Notes under the pieces: model-generated
Told to the model about the DNA's origin: nothing
Seen by the model: only the letters and a program-made list of their open reading frames with translations
Database searches by the model: none
Shown: positions 1-12,479 of the stretch, one piece after another
Layout: every line of letters starts with the position of its first letter
Position numbering within the stretch: the stretch's first letter is position 1
DNA from: an uncultured Actinomycetota bacterium
GTDB taxonomy: Bacteria; Actinomycetota; Actinomycetes; Propionibacteriales; Nocardioidaceae
Reading direction: 5' to 3'
Length of the DNA: 31,196 nucleotides
NCBI GenBank assembly: GCA_963761515.1
Contig: CAVXHO010000035.1
Coordinates: forward strand, 1 to 31,196
Position numbers and translations under genes: made by a program

Positions 1-23
1 CGTCGGTCGAGCTCGCTCAGGGG

Positions 24-3806
<3,783 letters not shown>

Positions 3807-3970
3807 GGTCAGGTCACTCCTCGCTTCGTGGGTCACCAGCCTAGGAACGCGGGTCCGACCGGTGGACCTGGTTCCCGCATCGTGACACCGGGAGGAGGGG
3901 CCGACCAATTCCCGGATCGCCAGCGCGCCGCGCCGGGTCGTCGCCTGGCCCGGGTGACTACTGTTGTCGA

Positions 3971-4819
3971 GTGATCGAGATCGAGCAGATCGACGACCTG
4001 ATGGAGCCGGTGGTCATCGCGGCCTTCGAAGGCTGGAACGACGCCGCCGACGCGGCCTCGTCCGTCATCGACCACCTGATCAAGGTCTGGGACGCTCGGA
4101 TCATCGGCGCGATCGACCCCGAGGAGTTCTACGACTTCCAGGTGAACCGTCCCGTGGTCGGCCTCGACGAGCTGGGGCACCGCCGCATCACCTGGCCGAG
4201 CACGCAGCTCGCGATCGCCTCGCCGCCCGACCTCCAGCGCGACGTGATCCTGGTGCGTGGCATCGAGCCGAACATGCGCTGGCGCCAGTTCTGCGCGGAG
4301 CTGCTGGCCGCCTGCGACGACCTCGGCGGCGAGCTCGTGATCACGCTCGGCGCACTGCTCGCGGACACACCGCACACCCGGCCGATCCCGGTGACCGGTA
4401 CGGCGACCGAGCCCGACCTGGTCGACCGGCTCAGGCTCGAGCAGTCGACGTACGAGGGGCCGACGGGCATCGTCGGCGTCTTCCAGGACGCCTGCATGCG
4501 GCTCGACGTACCGTCCGTGTCGTACTGGGCCGCGGTGCCGCACTACGTCGCTCAGCCGCCGTGTCCCAAGGCGACCCTGGCGCTGCTCGGCCAGCTCGAG
4601 GAGCTGCTCGAGGTGACCATCCCCCTCGGCGACCTGCCGGAGGACGCCCGGGCCTGGGAGCGCGGGGTCGACGAGCTGGCCGAGGAGGACGAGGACGTTC
4701 GCGACTACGTCCGGGCGCTCGAGGAGACCCGCGACACGACCGAGCTGCCCGAGGCGTCGGGCGAGGCCATCGCCCGGGAGTTCGAGCGCTACCTCAAGCG
4801 CAGGTCCGAGGACGGCTGA
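3971..4819 (+). CDS. PAC2 (proteasome assembly chaperone-like) family protein, actinobacterial Rv2125-like
   Basis: 282-aa ORF with a GTG start. It is divergent from metH and upstream of mshC, as in mycobacterial synteny. It has an acidic C-terminus typical of this family. Confidence 0.7.
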   Translation: MIEIEQIDDLMEPVVIAAFEGWNDAADAASSVIDHLIKVWDARIIGAIDPEEFYDFQVNRPVVGLDELGHRRITWPSTQLAIASPPDLQRDVILVRGIEPNMRWRQFCAELLAACDDLGGELVITLGALLADTPHTRPIPVTGTATEPDLVDRLRLEQSTYEGPTGIVGVFQDACMRLDVPSVSYWAAVPHYVAQPPCPKATLALLGQLEELLEVTIPLGDLPEDARAWERGVDELAEEDEDVRDYVRALEETRDTTELPEASGEAIAREFERYLKRRSEDG

Positions 4820-4840
4820 ACCGTCCCGGCTGGCTGTGAA

Positions 4841-4906
4841 GTGTGCGGTTTGGTCCACAACCGCATGTTTTCGAGCCCACATGTTGCGGTTTGGGACCAA
4901 ACCGCA
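4841..4906. repeat. Tandem pair of REP-like palindromic elements (core TGCGGTTTGG-GACC-AAACCGCA) between convergent genes
   Basis: Imperfect copy at 4844-4865 (TGCGGTT TGGTCCAC AACCGCA). Perfect 22-nt palindrome at 4885-4906. The same unit recurs at 10278-10342. Confidence 0.8.
4842..4873 (+). terminator. Hairpin (GTGCGGTT...AACCGCAT) followed by GTTTT, a candidate intrinsic terminator downstream of the PAC2-family gene
   Basis: An 8-bp inverted repeat at 4843-4866 followed by a T-rich tract. It is part of the palindromic repeat unit. Confidence 0.35.
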
Positions 4907-4910
4907 GGGG

Positions 4911-6146
4911 TCAGAGCGCCAGACCCAGGGCGGAGTCGAGGACGGCGTGGACGGTGACGGCGGCGGCGGGGTCGCCGGTCTCGGCCAGCCCGTGGGTGCC
5001 GAGGGTCGCGTCGACCCATCCGTCGACAGCGGCGACAGCGGCCGGGGCGTCGAGATCCGCAGCAAGAGCGGCGAGGACGGCGTCGACGACCGGCGCGGAC
5101 GCGGCACCGGCGCCCAGGGCCAGTGCCCGGCGCCAGCGGTCGAGGATGTCCACGGACTCCCAGAGCTCGGCGTCGGTCCACTCCCAGTCGCTGCGGTAGT
5201 GGTGACGCAGCAGGGTCAGCCGGATCGCCATCGGGTCGACCTCGCTCAGGCGCAGGGCCGAGACGAAGACCAGGTTGCCGCGCGACTTCGACATCTTGGC
5301 GCCGTCGTAGCCGACCATGCCGGCGTGCACGTAGGCCTGCGCGAACGGCCGACCGGTGAGGACCTGGGCCTCGGACGCGCACATCTCGTGGTGCGGGAAG
5401 ACGAGGTCGGAGCCCCCACCCTGTACGTCGAAGGCCTCACCGAGGTACTCCAGCGCCATCGCCGAGCACTCGACGTGCCAGCCGGGCCGGCCGGGGCCGA
5501 ACGGGCTGTCCCAGGCCGGCTCACCGGGGCGCTCGGCGCGCCACACCAGGCAGTCGAGCGGGTCCTTCTTGCCGGGCCGCTCGGGGTCGCCGCCGCGGTC
5601 GGCGTAGACCTCCAGCATCTGCTCGCGGGTCCACCGCGACTCCTGACCGAAGGCGGGATCGGCCGCGACCGAGAAGTAGAGGTCGTCCTCCACGGCGTAC
5701 AGCACGCCGGCGTCCTGGAGCTTCCCGATCAGCTCGGTGATCAGCCCCATCGACTCGACCGCGCCCACGAAGGTCGCCGGCGGCAGCACTCGGAGGGCGT
5801 CCATGTCCTGGCGGAACAGCTCGATCTCGCGCTCGGCGAGGTCACGCCAGTCGACGCCGACCTTGGTGGCGCGCTCCAGCAGCGGGTCGTCGACGTCGGT
5901 CACGTTGAGGACGTAGCTGACCTCGTGGCCCGCGTTGCGCCACGCGCGGTTGAGGAGGTCGAAGGCGACGTACGTCGCGGCATGGCCCATGTGGGTGGCG
6001 TCGTACGGCGTGATCCCGCAGACGTAGAGCCGGGCGGCACCCGTGGGTGTGGTCTCGACGAGACCACCCGTGGGTGTGTCGTGCACCCGCACCGCCGGGC
6101 CCGTCGCGGGCAGGGCAGGCAGATCCGGAGAGGGCCATGCGCGCAT
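4911..6146 (-). CDS. mshC: L-cysteine:1D-myo-inositol 2-amino-2-deoxy-alpha-D-glucopyranoside ligase (mycothiol ligase), a CysRS paralogue
   Basis: 411 aa with a class-I aaRS HIGH-like motif ([11 protein letters not shown]) and KMSKS. The length and lack of an anticodon-binding extension are typical of MshC rather than CysS. Confidence 0.88.
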   Translation of the reverse strand: MRAWPSPDLPALPATGPAVRVHDTPTGGLVETTPTGAARLYVCGITPYDATHMGHAATYVAFDLLNRAWRNAGHEVSYVLNVTDVDDPLLERATKVGVDWRDLAEREIELFRQDMDALRVLPPATFVGAVESMGLITELIGKLQDAGVLYAVEDDLYFSVAADPAFGQESRWTREQMLEVYADRGGDPERPGKKDPLDCLVWRAERPGEPAWDSPFGPGRPGWHVECSAMALEYLGEAFDVQGGGSDLVFPHHEMCASEAQVLTGRPFAQAYVHAGMVGYDGAKMSKSRGNLVFVSALRLSEVDPMAIRLTLLRHHYRSDWEWTDAELWESVDILDRWRRALALGAGAASAPVVDAVLAALAADLDAPAAVAAVDGWVDATLGTHGLAETGDPAAAVTVHAVLDSALGLAL

Positions 6147-6214
6147 GCGTGGAGACTACGGCAGCCCTGACGGCACCCGGCCGTCCGGCCCGCCCACAGG
6201 ACGGTGGACGACGG

Positions 6215-7141
6215 TCACCGGCGGCACGCCTCGACCGCGAGGGCCGCGACCGCCCCGATCGCGGCGTCGATCGGCCTCGGGTCCGCACGCGCACGCGGGT
6301 CGCTCCGGGTGAGCACCGCTACGCCGTACGCCGCGCCGTCCGGATGCCGCACCACGCCGATCTCGTTGCGGACCACGCCCATCAGGCCGCCGCTCTTGGC
6401 TGCCACGTGCACACCGGGCGGGAAACCGGCGGCGATCCGGTGCCGGGTCAGCTGCTGTGCCATGGCCGAGCGGACGGCGGCGCAGGCCTCCGGCGGACCG
6501 GCCTCGTCGTTCCAGATCGCACGGAGGAGACCGACGGACTCGCGCGCGGTGGTGCGGCTGCCGCGGGCCGGGTCGAGAGCGGCCGTCCTCGACAGCCGGA
6601 TCCGGATCTCGTCGTCCGTCGGGTCGCCCGGCGCGGATGGCGTGTAGCCCGCGAGGTCGGCGAACGACGCGAAGCCGGCCTCCACCGCCATCTCGTCGAG
6701 CATCGTGGACAGGTCGGCGGTGACCCGGGTGGTGGCCAGCCCGAGCCCGGCCGTGAGCCCGTTGACCGTGTCGAGCCCGACGGCCGCGATCAGCGCGTCG
6801 GTGGCGGGGTTGTCGCTGATGGTCAGCATCAGCACGACCAGGTCTCGCACCGACATCTCCACGTCGTCGTTCATCAGCGAGATCCCGACCGGCCCGGGGG
6901 TGCGCGCGCCCGCGCGCAACACGAGCCGCTCACCGGGATCGAGCGTGCCGTCGCTCATCGCGTTGTGGGCCGCCTGCGCGACCTGCACCTTCATCGCCGA
7001 CCCGGGCGTCATCGGCACGTCGGCGTCGAGGTCGACGACGACGCCACCGTCCAGTGCCATCGCGCACGCCGTGCCGGTGCATCCGGCCTGCTCCAGCCGG
7101 TCCCGGATCGCCGTCCGGACGTCCATCAGAAGGGCGGCCAC
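6215..7141 (-). CDS. Serine hydrolase, class A beta-lactamase-related family
   Basis: Carries the S-x-x-K (SAMK), SDN (ISDNPATD) and KSG (AAKSGG) motifs. An alternative ATG start at 7126 overlaps the upstream gene's stop (ATGA). Confidence 0.7.
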   Translation of the reverse strand: MAALLMDVRTAIRDRLEQAGCTGTACAMALDGGVVVDLDADVPMTPGSAMKVQVAQAAHNAMSDGTLDPGERLVLRAGARTPGPVGISLMNDDVEMSVRDLVVLMLTISDNPATDALIAAVGLDTVNGLTAGLGLATTRVTADLSTMLDEMAVEAGFASFADLAGYTPSAPGDPTDDEIRIRLSRTAALDPARGSRTTARESVGLLRAIWNDEAGPPEACAAVRSAMAQQLTRHRIAAGFPPGVHVAAKSGGLMGVVRNEIGVVRHPDGAAYGVAVLTRSDPRARADPRPIDAAIGAVAALAVEACRR

Positions 7142-7893
7142 GGGATGGCGCGCCAGCCCTGGCCGGGCTCCGGCAGGGTCCCGATCCGCAGCAGCCGCTT
7201 GACGCGCCGGCGGGTCGCCTCCACCTCGTGCCAGGTGAGCAGGTCGCCGAGCTGCTCCCCCAGCTCGTCGTCGAGCCGGTCTGCGAGCTGGTCCAGACTG
7301 ACGCGGTCCGCGTCGGTGAGCAGGTCACCCGCCCAGCCCCACAGGACGGTGCGGAGCTTGTGCTCGACGTGGAAGGTGAGGCCGTGGTCCACGCCGTAGC
7401 GGTGGCCGTCGGTCATCGCCAGCACGTGTCCGCCCTTGCGGTCGGCGTTGTTGACGACGGCGTCGAAGACCGCCATCCGGCGCAGCTCGGGGGTGTCCTC
7501 GTGCACCAACGAGACCACGTTGTCGCGGTCGTCGAGGCCGTCGAAGACGTGGAGGAACCCGTCGGGAACCACCTCGGTGTCGACCAGGGTGACGGCCTCC
7601 TGCACCGGGTCCGGCTCCTGCCACAGCTGGACCATGCCGGGGCCGTGGGGTCCGTCCCGCCGGAAGGTGAGCGGTACGACGTGCCAGCCGAGCGCCTCGG
7701 AGACGACGTACGCCGCCTCCTCGCGCGCCGCGAGCGTGCCGTCGGGGAAGTCCCAGAGCGGGCGCTCCCCCGCGACCGGCTTGTAGATCACGCGGCGCTC
7801 GTCGATCTCGCCGACGAAGGTCGCGTTGGACGCCGGCATCACCCGTCCGTGGAGGGTGAGCGCACCGGCGAGGAGGCCCTGGTCGATCGTCAC
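7126..7893 (-). CDS. SCO1664-family conserved actinobacterial protein (Rv2133c-like)
   Basis: 255 aa. Co-oriented with and adjacent to the DUF3090 and histidine-phosphatase genes, as in mycobacteria and Streptomyces. Confidence 0.55.
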   Translation of the reverse strand: MTIDQGLLAGALTLHGRVMPASNATFVGEIDERRVIYKPVAGERPLWDFPDGTLAAREEAAYVVSEALGWHVVPLTFRRDGPHGPGMVQLWQEPDPVQEAVTLVDTEVVPDGFLHVFDGLDDRDNVVSLVHEDTPELRRMAVFDAVVNNADRKGGHVLAMTDGHRYGVDHGLTFHVEHKLRTVLWGWAGDLLTDADRVSLDQLADRLDDELGEQLGDLLTWHEVEATRRRVKRLLRIGTLPEPGQGWRAIPWPPF

Positions 7894-7899
7894 GGCCGC

Positions 7900-8469
7900 T
7901 CAGGCCGGGTTACGGCGGCGGAACCCGTTCGCCCGGACACAGAGGTGTCCCTCGGGGTCGATCGGGCTGCCGCAGAAGGGACAGTCGGGGCGGCCGGCCT
8001 CGATCACCAGCGCGGCCCGCTGCACGAAGGCACGAGCGGGCCCGGCCTCGAGCCGGACCAGGAAGACCTCCTCCGGCTCGACCTCGTCGACCTCCTCCTC
8101 GTCGTCCTCGTCGGTGGTGTCCATCAGCGGGAACACCTCGATCACGAGGCGGGCGATGGCGGGGTCCCACGAGAGGGTCATCGTGCCGGCGCGGAACTGC
8201 TCGTCGATCGGCTGCTCCAGCGGGCCGGAGTCCTCGAGGCCGACCGGTGCGACAGCGGGGATCAGCGTCTCGGTGCCGCTGCTCGACATCACCTCGTCGA
8301 GCAGCTCGTCGATGCGCTCGGCGAGCACCGCCACCTGCTGCTTCTCGAGGGCGACGCTCACCAGGCGCGGGCCGGAGCGCGCCTGCAGGAAGAACGTGCG
8401 GCCGCCCGGCTCGCCGACGGTGCCCGCGACGAAGCGCTCCGGCGGATCGAACTCGTGGACGACGGGCAT
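7900..8469 (-). CDS. DUF3090-family protein (Rv2134c-like) with a C-terminal CPFCG zinc-ribbon-like motif
   Basis: 189 aa with N-terminus MPVVHEFDPPERF and C-terminal motif PDCPFCGSPIDPEGHLC. It sits 6 nt upstream of the SCO1664-family gene. Confidence 0.7.
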   Translation of the reverse strand: MPVVHEFDPPERFVAGTVGEPGGRTFFLQARSGPRLVSVALEKQQVAVLAERIDELLDEVMSSSGTETLIPAVAPVGLEDSGPLEQPIDEQFRAGTMTLSWDPAIARLVIEVFPLMDTTDEDDEEEVDEVEPEEVFLVRLEAGPARAFVQRAALVIEAGRPDCPFCGSPIDPEGHLCVRANGFRRRNPA

Positions 8470-8489
8470 GTCTCCACCTTATGCAGGCC

Positions 8490-9212
8490 TCACGAAGGGG
8501 GCGTAGAGGGTCCGGCGCCACCGCCCAGCTCGGCACCGCGGTCGCCGCGCCGGCGGGCTTTCGCCTTGCCCGGCTTGGGTGCCAGCCACGAGAGGTCGCC
8601 CTCATGGGTGTTGGAGGCCAGGACGTAGGGCCGGGCCTCGGTGTAGCGGATCACCGAGATCGACGCCGGGTCGACCTGGAGCCGCTGGAAGAGGTCGAGG
8701 TGCATGCCGAGCGCGTCGGCCAGCACGGACTTGATCACGTCGCCGTGGCTGACCGCCAGCCAGACGGCCTGCGGACCGTGGGCAGCCGTGACCTGGGCGT
8801 CCCGCCGTCGTACGGCGTCGACCGCGCGAGCCTGCATCTGCGGCAGGGACTCACCACCCGGGAAGGTGGCCGCCGACGGGTTGGTCTGCACCGTCTTCCA
8901 CAGCGGCCAGCTTCGCGAGCTCGCGGAGGGGCCTGCCCTGCCACTCGCCGTAGTCGCACTCGGTCAGAGCCTTGTCCGCGCGGACCCGTGGCCGCGTCGA
9001 CTGGCGGGTCGCGACGGCGCGAGCCGTCTCGCGGCAGCGCTCCAGGGGACTGCTGACCAGCTCCGCGAGCGGCACCACGGCCAGCCGCTCCCCCGCCCTG
9101 GCGGCCTGGCTCTCCCCGAGCTCGTCGAGGTGTACCCCGGCGTCCGCCCGGCGAGGGTGCCGGAGGCGTTCGCGGACGTTCGTCCGTGCCGAAGCAGGAT
9201 CACCGTGGCCAT
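8490..9212 (-). pseudogene. Histidine phosphatase (phosphoglycerate-mutase-like) family gene, Rv2135c-like, split over three frames by two frameshifts
   Basis: The N-terminus MATVILLRHGRTSANASGTLAGR carries the RHG catalytic motif (9212..about 9140). The middle part VSSPLERCRETA...DYGEWQGRPLRELAKL is in a second frame (8851-9078). The C-terminus FPGGESL...VSHGDVIKS...DLFQRL is in a third frame (8490-8891). There is an extra G near 8890-8900. Confidence 0.7.
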
Positions 9213-9284
9213 GACCCGAGCCTAGGGTGACGTGCCGGTGACCCGTGCGCGGCCTGCGCGCCGGGCACCGTGCCAGGGGCTAGC

Positions 9285-10274
9285 GTGAGCGCTGTGATCG
9301 TGGACAGCGCCGTCTACCGCCAGGGCAAGCGCATCGTCGACGACCTGCCGCCCAGCGAGCTCGGCAGGGTCCGCAAGCTCGCCTCCGAGCCGGGCGACTT
9401 CGTCTGGGTGGGCCTGTACCAGCCGAGCGAGGAGGAGCTGGCGACGGTGGAGGAGGAGTTCGGCCTGCACCCGCTGGCCGTCGAGGACGCCTTCAACGCC
9501 CACCAGCGGCCCAAGCTCGAGCGGTACGGCGACACCCTGTTCCTGACCCTGAAGTCCCTCTGGTACGTCGATGAGAACGACGCGGTCGAGACCGGCGAGA
9601 TCAACATCTTCGTCGGCGACGACTTCATCGTCACCGTCCGCCACGGTGAGGGCTCGGAGCTTCACACCGCCCGCACCGACCTCGAAGCCAGGGCGAAGGT
9701 CCTCACCCACGGCCCGTCCGCCGTCGTGTACGCCGTGTGCGACCGGGTCGTGGACGGCTACCTCTCGGTGATGGAGTCCCTCGAGGAGGACGTCGACGAG
9801 GTCGAGACCTCGGTGTTCTCGGCCCAGCGCACCAACGACTCGGCGCGGATCTACACGCTCAAGCGCGAGATCGCCGAGGCACGACGCGCGGTGATGCCGC
9901 TGCGCGAGCCGATGCGTCGCTTCGCCACGGGCGCCGTACCGGGCATCCACGAGGACGCTGCACCGTTCTTCCGGGACGTGCTCGACCACCTCACCAAGGT
10001 CGCCGAGACCGTGGACGGGCTCGACCAGCTGCTGTCCACGGCCTTCGAGGCACATCTCGCTCAGATCCAGGTGACGCAGAACGAGGACATGCGCAAGATC
10101 TCTGCCGGGGTCGGGCTCGTGGTCGTGCCGACCCTGATCGCCGGGGTCTACGGCATGAACTTCGATCACATGCCGGAGCTCGGTTGGGCCTTCGGCTATC
10201 CGTACGCCCTCGCGCTGATGGTCTTGAGCGTGGTCGGACTCTGGATCGCCTTCAAGCGCTCCGGCTGGCTGTGA
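9285..10274 (+). CDS. corA: Magnesium/cobalt transporter CorA
   Basis: Carries the YGMNF (GMN) motif and two C-terminal transmembrane helices. GTG start at 9285 with an AGGGG Shine-Dalgarno. An alternative GTG lies at 9270. Confidence 0.88.
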   Translation: MSAVIVDSAVYRQGKRIVDDLPPSELGRVRKLASEPGDFVWVGLYQPSEEELATVEEEFGLHPLAVEDAFNAHQRPKLERYGDTLFLTLKSLWYVDENDAVETGEINIFVGDDFIVTVRHGEGSELHTARTDLEARAKVLTHGPSAVVYAVCDRVVDGYLSVMESLEEDVDEVETSVFSAQRTNDSARIYTLKREIAEARRAVMPLREPMRRFATGAVPGIHEDAAPFFRDVLDHLTKVAETVDGLDQLLSTAFEAHLAQIQVTQNEDMRKISAGVGLVVVPTLIAGVYGMNFDHMPELGWAFGYPYALALMVLSVVGLWIAFKRSGWL

Positions 10275-10277
10275 GGA

Positions 10278-10342
10278 CTGCGGTTTGGTCCCAAACCGCA
10301 GGTTTCGGGTCCGAAGGACTGCGGTTTGGGACCAAACGGCGG
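10278..10342. repeat. Tandem pair of the same REP-like palindrome (CTGCGGTTTGG-TC-CCAAACCGCAG, then an imperfect copy) between convergent corA and uppP
   Basis: Perfect 24-nt palindrome at 10278-10301 followed by GTTTCGGG. The second copy at 10319-10342 has 2 mismatches. Confidence 0.8.
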
Positions 10343-10371
10343 CCGACCGCGCCTTATGTCAGGTCGAGATG

Positions 10372-11200
10372 TCAGGTAGAGGTCAGCACGTTGGTGGCCA
10401 GGAGCACGATGCAGCAGGACGCCCAGGCCCACGCGATAAGGGATGAACCACGTGATCGCGTGGTGGGCGACGAACTTGAGCAGCCAGGCGATGGACGCGT
10501 AGGCGACGAGGAACGCCACGACCGTGCCGACCAGCGTCTCCCCCACGCTGATCGAGCCGCCGAGAGCGTCCTTGAGCTCGAACAGCCCGGCGGCCAGCAG
10601 GGCCGGGATCGACAGGAAGAAGGAGACCCGGGTGGCGGTGACGCGGTCGAGGCCGCGGAACAGACCGGCCGAGATCGTGGCCCCGGACCGCGAGACCCCG
10701 GGCACGAGCGCGGCGCACTGGACCACGCCGATCACGATGGAGTCCTTGAGGTTCAGCTGCTTCTCACCGCGGTCCTGCTTCGCTACCCGCTCCGCCGCCC
10801 ACATCACGGCGCTCCAGGCGATCAGGGCGACAGCAACGACCCACAGGTTGCGGAGGTCGTCCTTGATGAAGTCCTTGAACGCGAGCCCGACCAGGCCGAT
10901 CGGGATGGTGCCCACGATGACGTACCAGCCCATCCGGAAGTCGCGGTGGCCGCGCCACTCGGGCTTGACCAGGCCCAGGCACCAGGCCTTGATGATGCGT
11001 CCGATGTCGCGGAAGAAGTAGAGGATCACGGCCGCGATGGCGCCCATCTGGATCACGGCGGTGAAGCCGGTCACCGCGGGGTCGTCGACCTGCAGCCCGA
11101 GCACCTGCTCCGCGATCGTCAGGTGGCCGGTGCTGGAGATCGGGAGGAACTCGGTCAGCCCTTCCACGATGCCGAGGATGATGGCGTCGAAGTAGTTCAT
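10372..11200 (-). CDS. uppP: Undecaprenyl-diphosphate phosphatase (BacA/UppP), with an apparent +1 frameshift near 10411
   Basis: N-terminus MNYFDAIILGIVEGLTEFLPISSTGH and SRSGATI motifs. The uninterrupted frame reads through the REP palindromes to 10196 with non-membrane Arg/Pro-rich text. Shifting one base at about 10411 gives a hydrophobic C-terminus ...GLGVLLIVLLATNVLTST with a stop at 10372. Confidence 0.8.
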
Positions 11201-11309
11201 CGCGTGCTTTCCGGCGTCGGGAGTCGTGCGGGCGCACCCAGGCTAGGGCCCGGATCGACCTGCGAGCCGCACGCCCCCCGCGCGCCGGGGACCGGCTACC
11301 TTTGGGCGC

Positions 11310-12257
11310 ATGCAACAGCGGGCGGTCGGTGCCACAGGCCTCACGGTCTCGCGGCTCGGCCTGGGAACCATGACCTGGGGTGGGGACACCGACGAGCACG
11401 AGGCCCGTGACCAGCTGATCAGCTTCGCCGAGGCAGGCGGAACCCTGGTCGACACCGCCGCGGGCTACACCGACGGGGCGTCCGAAGAGCTCGTCGGACG
11501 GCTGATCGGCGACGTGGTGACGCGGGACGAGATCGTGCTGGCGACCAAGGCCGGCATCTCGCGACGGACCGGCACGCGCGAGGCCTACGCCTCGCGAGGG
11601 CGCCTGCTCGCCGCGCTCGACGCCTCGCTGCGACGGCTCGGCGTCGACCACGTCGACCTCTGGCAGGTCCACACCTGGGTCGACGGCGTCCCCCTCGAGG
11701 AGACCCTGACCGCGCTCGACTACGCCGTGTCCACCGGACGCGCGTCGTACGTCGGGATCTCCAACTACACCGGCTGGCAGACAGCCCAGGCAGCCACGTG
11801 GCAGCGAGCGGTCCCGGGGCGGGCCGTCCTCGCCTCCACGCAGATGGAGTACTCCCTGCTCAACCGCCGCCTCGAGATGGACGTCGTGCCGGCGGCCGAG
11901 GCGCTGGGGCTGGGCATCCTCTGCTGGTCACCCCTCGGCGGCGGCGTCCTGACCGGCAAGTACCGCACCGGTACGCCGTCCGACTCTCGCGGAGCCTCCC
12001 CGGCGTTCGCACGGTTCGTCGACACCTATCTCGACGAGCGCGGTCACGGGATCGCCGAGGCCGTCGCGAAGGCCGCCGACGGACTGGGCTGGTCGATGGC
12101 CGAGGTCGCCCTCGCGTGGGTCCGTGACCGGCCCGGGGTGACCGCTCCGATCGTCGGAGCCCGCACGGCGAAGCAGCTGCTGGATCTCCTGGGTGTCGAG
12201 GAGCTGACTCTGCCCCCGGAGATCGTGGCCGCCCTCGACGACGTGTCGGAGGCCTGA
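11310..12257 (+). CDS. Aldo/keto reductase family oxidoreductase
   Basis: 315-aa AKR fold with a LGLGTMTWG N-terminus and conserved D/Y/K/H catalytic-region motifs. Confidence 0.85.
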   Translation: MQQRAVGATGLTVSRLGLGTMTWGGDTDEHEARDQLISFAEAGGTLVDTAAGYTDGASEELVGRLIGDVVTRDEIVLATKAGISRRTGTREAYASRGRLLAALDASLRRLGVDHVDLWQVHTWVDGVPLEETLTALDYAVSTGRASYVGISNYTGWQTAQAATWQRAVPGRAVLASTQMEYSLLNRRLEMDVVPAAEALGLGILCWSPLGGGVLTGKYRTGTPSDSRGASPAFARFVDTYLDERGHGIAEAVAKAADGLGWSMAEVALAWVRDRPGVTAPIVGARTAKQLLDLLGVEELTLPPEIVAALDDVSEA

Positions 12258-12260
12258 CCG

Positions 12261-12479
12261 GTGCCTGACGTCCTGCGGCGCCCGCCCGCACGCGGGGTGG
12301 AGTGGGAGTTCGAGCGGCTCACCATCGCCCGCGACTTCTCGCGCAACGTCGTGACCAAGATGCTGGTCGACCGTGCGGAGCACGGCGGCTGGGAGCTCGA
12401 CCGGGTGCACGTGGCGCCGGACGGCACCCGGCGGGTGACGCTGCGGCGCAAGATCATCCGGATGCGACCGACCTTCTAG
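12261..12479 (+). CDS. DUF5703-family small protein
   Basis: 72 aa with motif EWEFERL...HGGWELDRV...GTRRVTLRRKIIR. GTG start 7 nt after a GGAGG. Its stop overlaps the convergent E1 stop at a TCTAGA. Confidence 0.5.
   Translation: MPDVLRRPPARGVEWEFERLTIARDFSRNVVTKMLVDRAEHGGWELDRVHVAPDGTRRVTLRRKIIRMRPTF

Noticed and set aside
3807-3970. Possible SAM or cobalamin riboswitch in the 160-nt metH leader (divergent from the PAC2 gene)
   Set aside because: Some GC-rich helices are present (CCTCC...CGGTG...ACCAGG). By eye I could not match the SAM-IV or B12-element consensus (no GCCACTG B12 box). A covariance-model scan would be needed, so no feature is called.
9737-11410. 557-aa + strand ORF spanning the corA 3' end, the palindromes and uppP
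   Set aside because: It overlaps two well-supported genes in other frames and has an Arg/Gly-rich composition, so it is a high-GC artefact.
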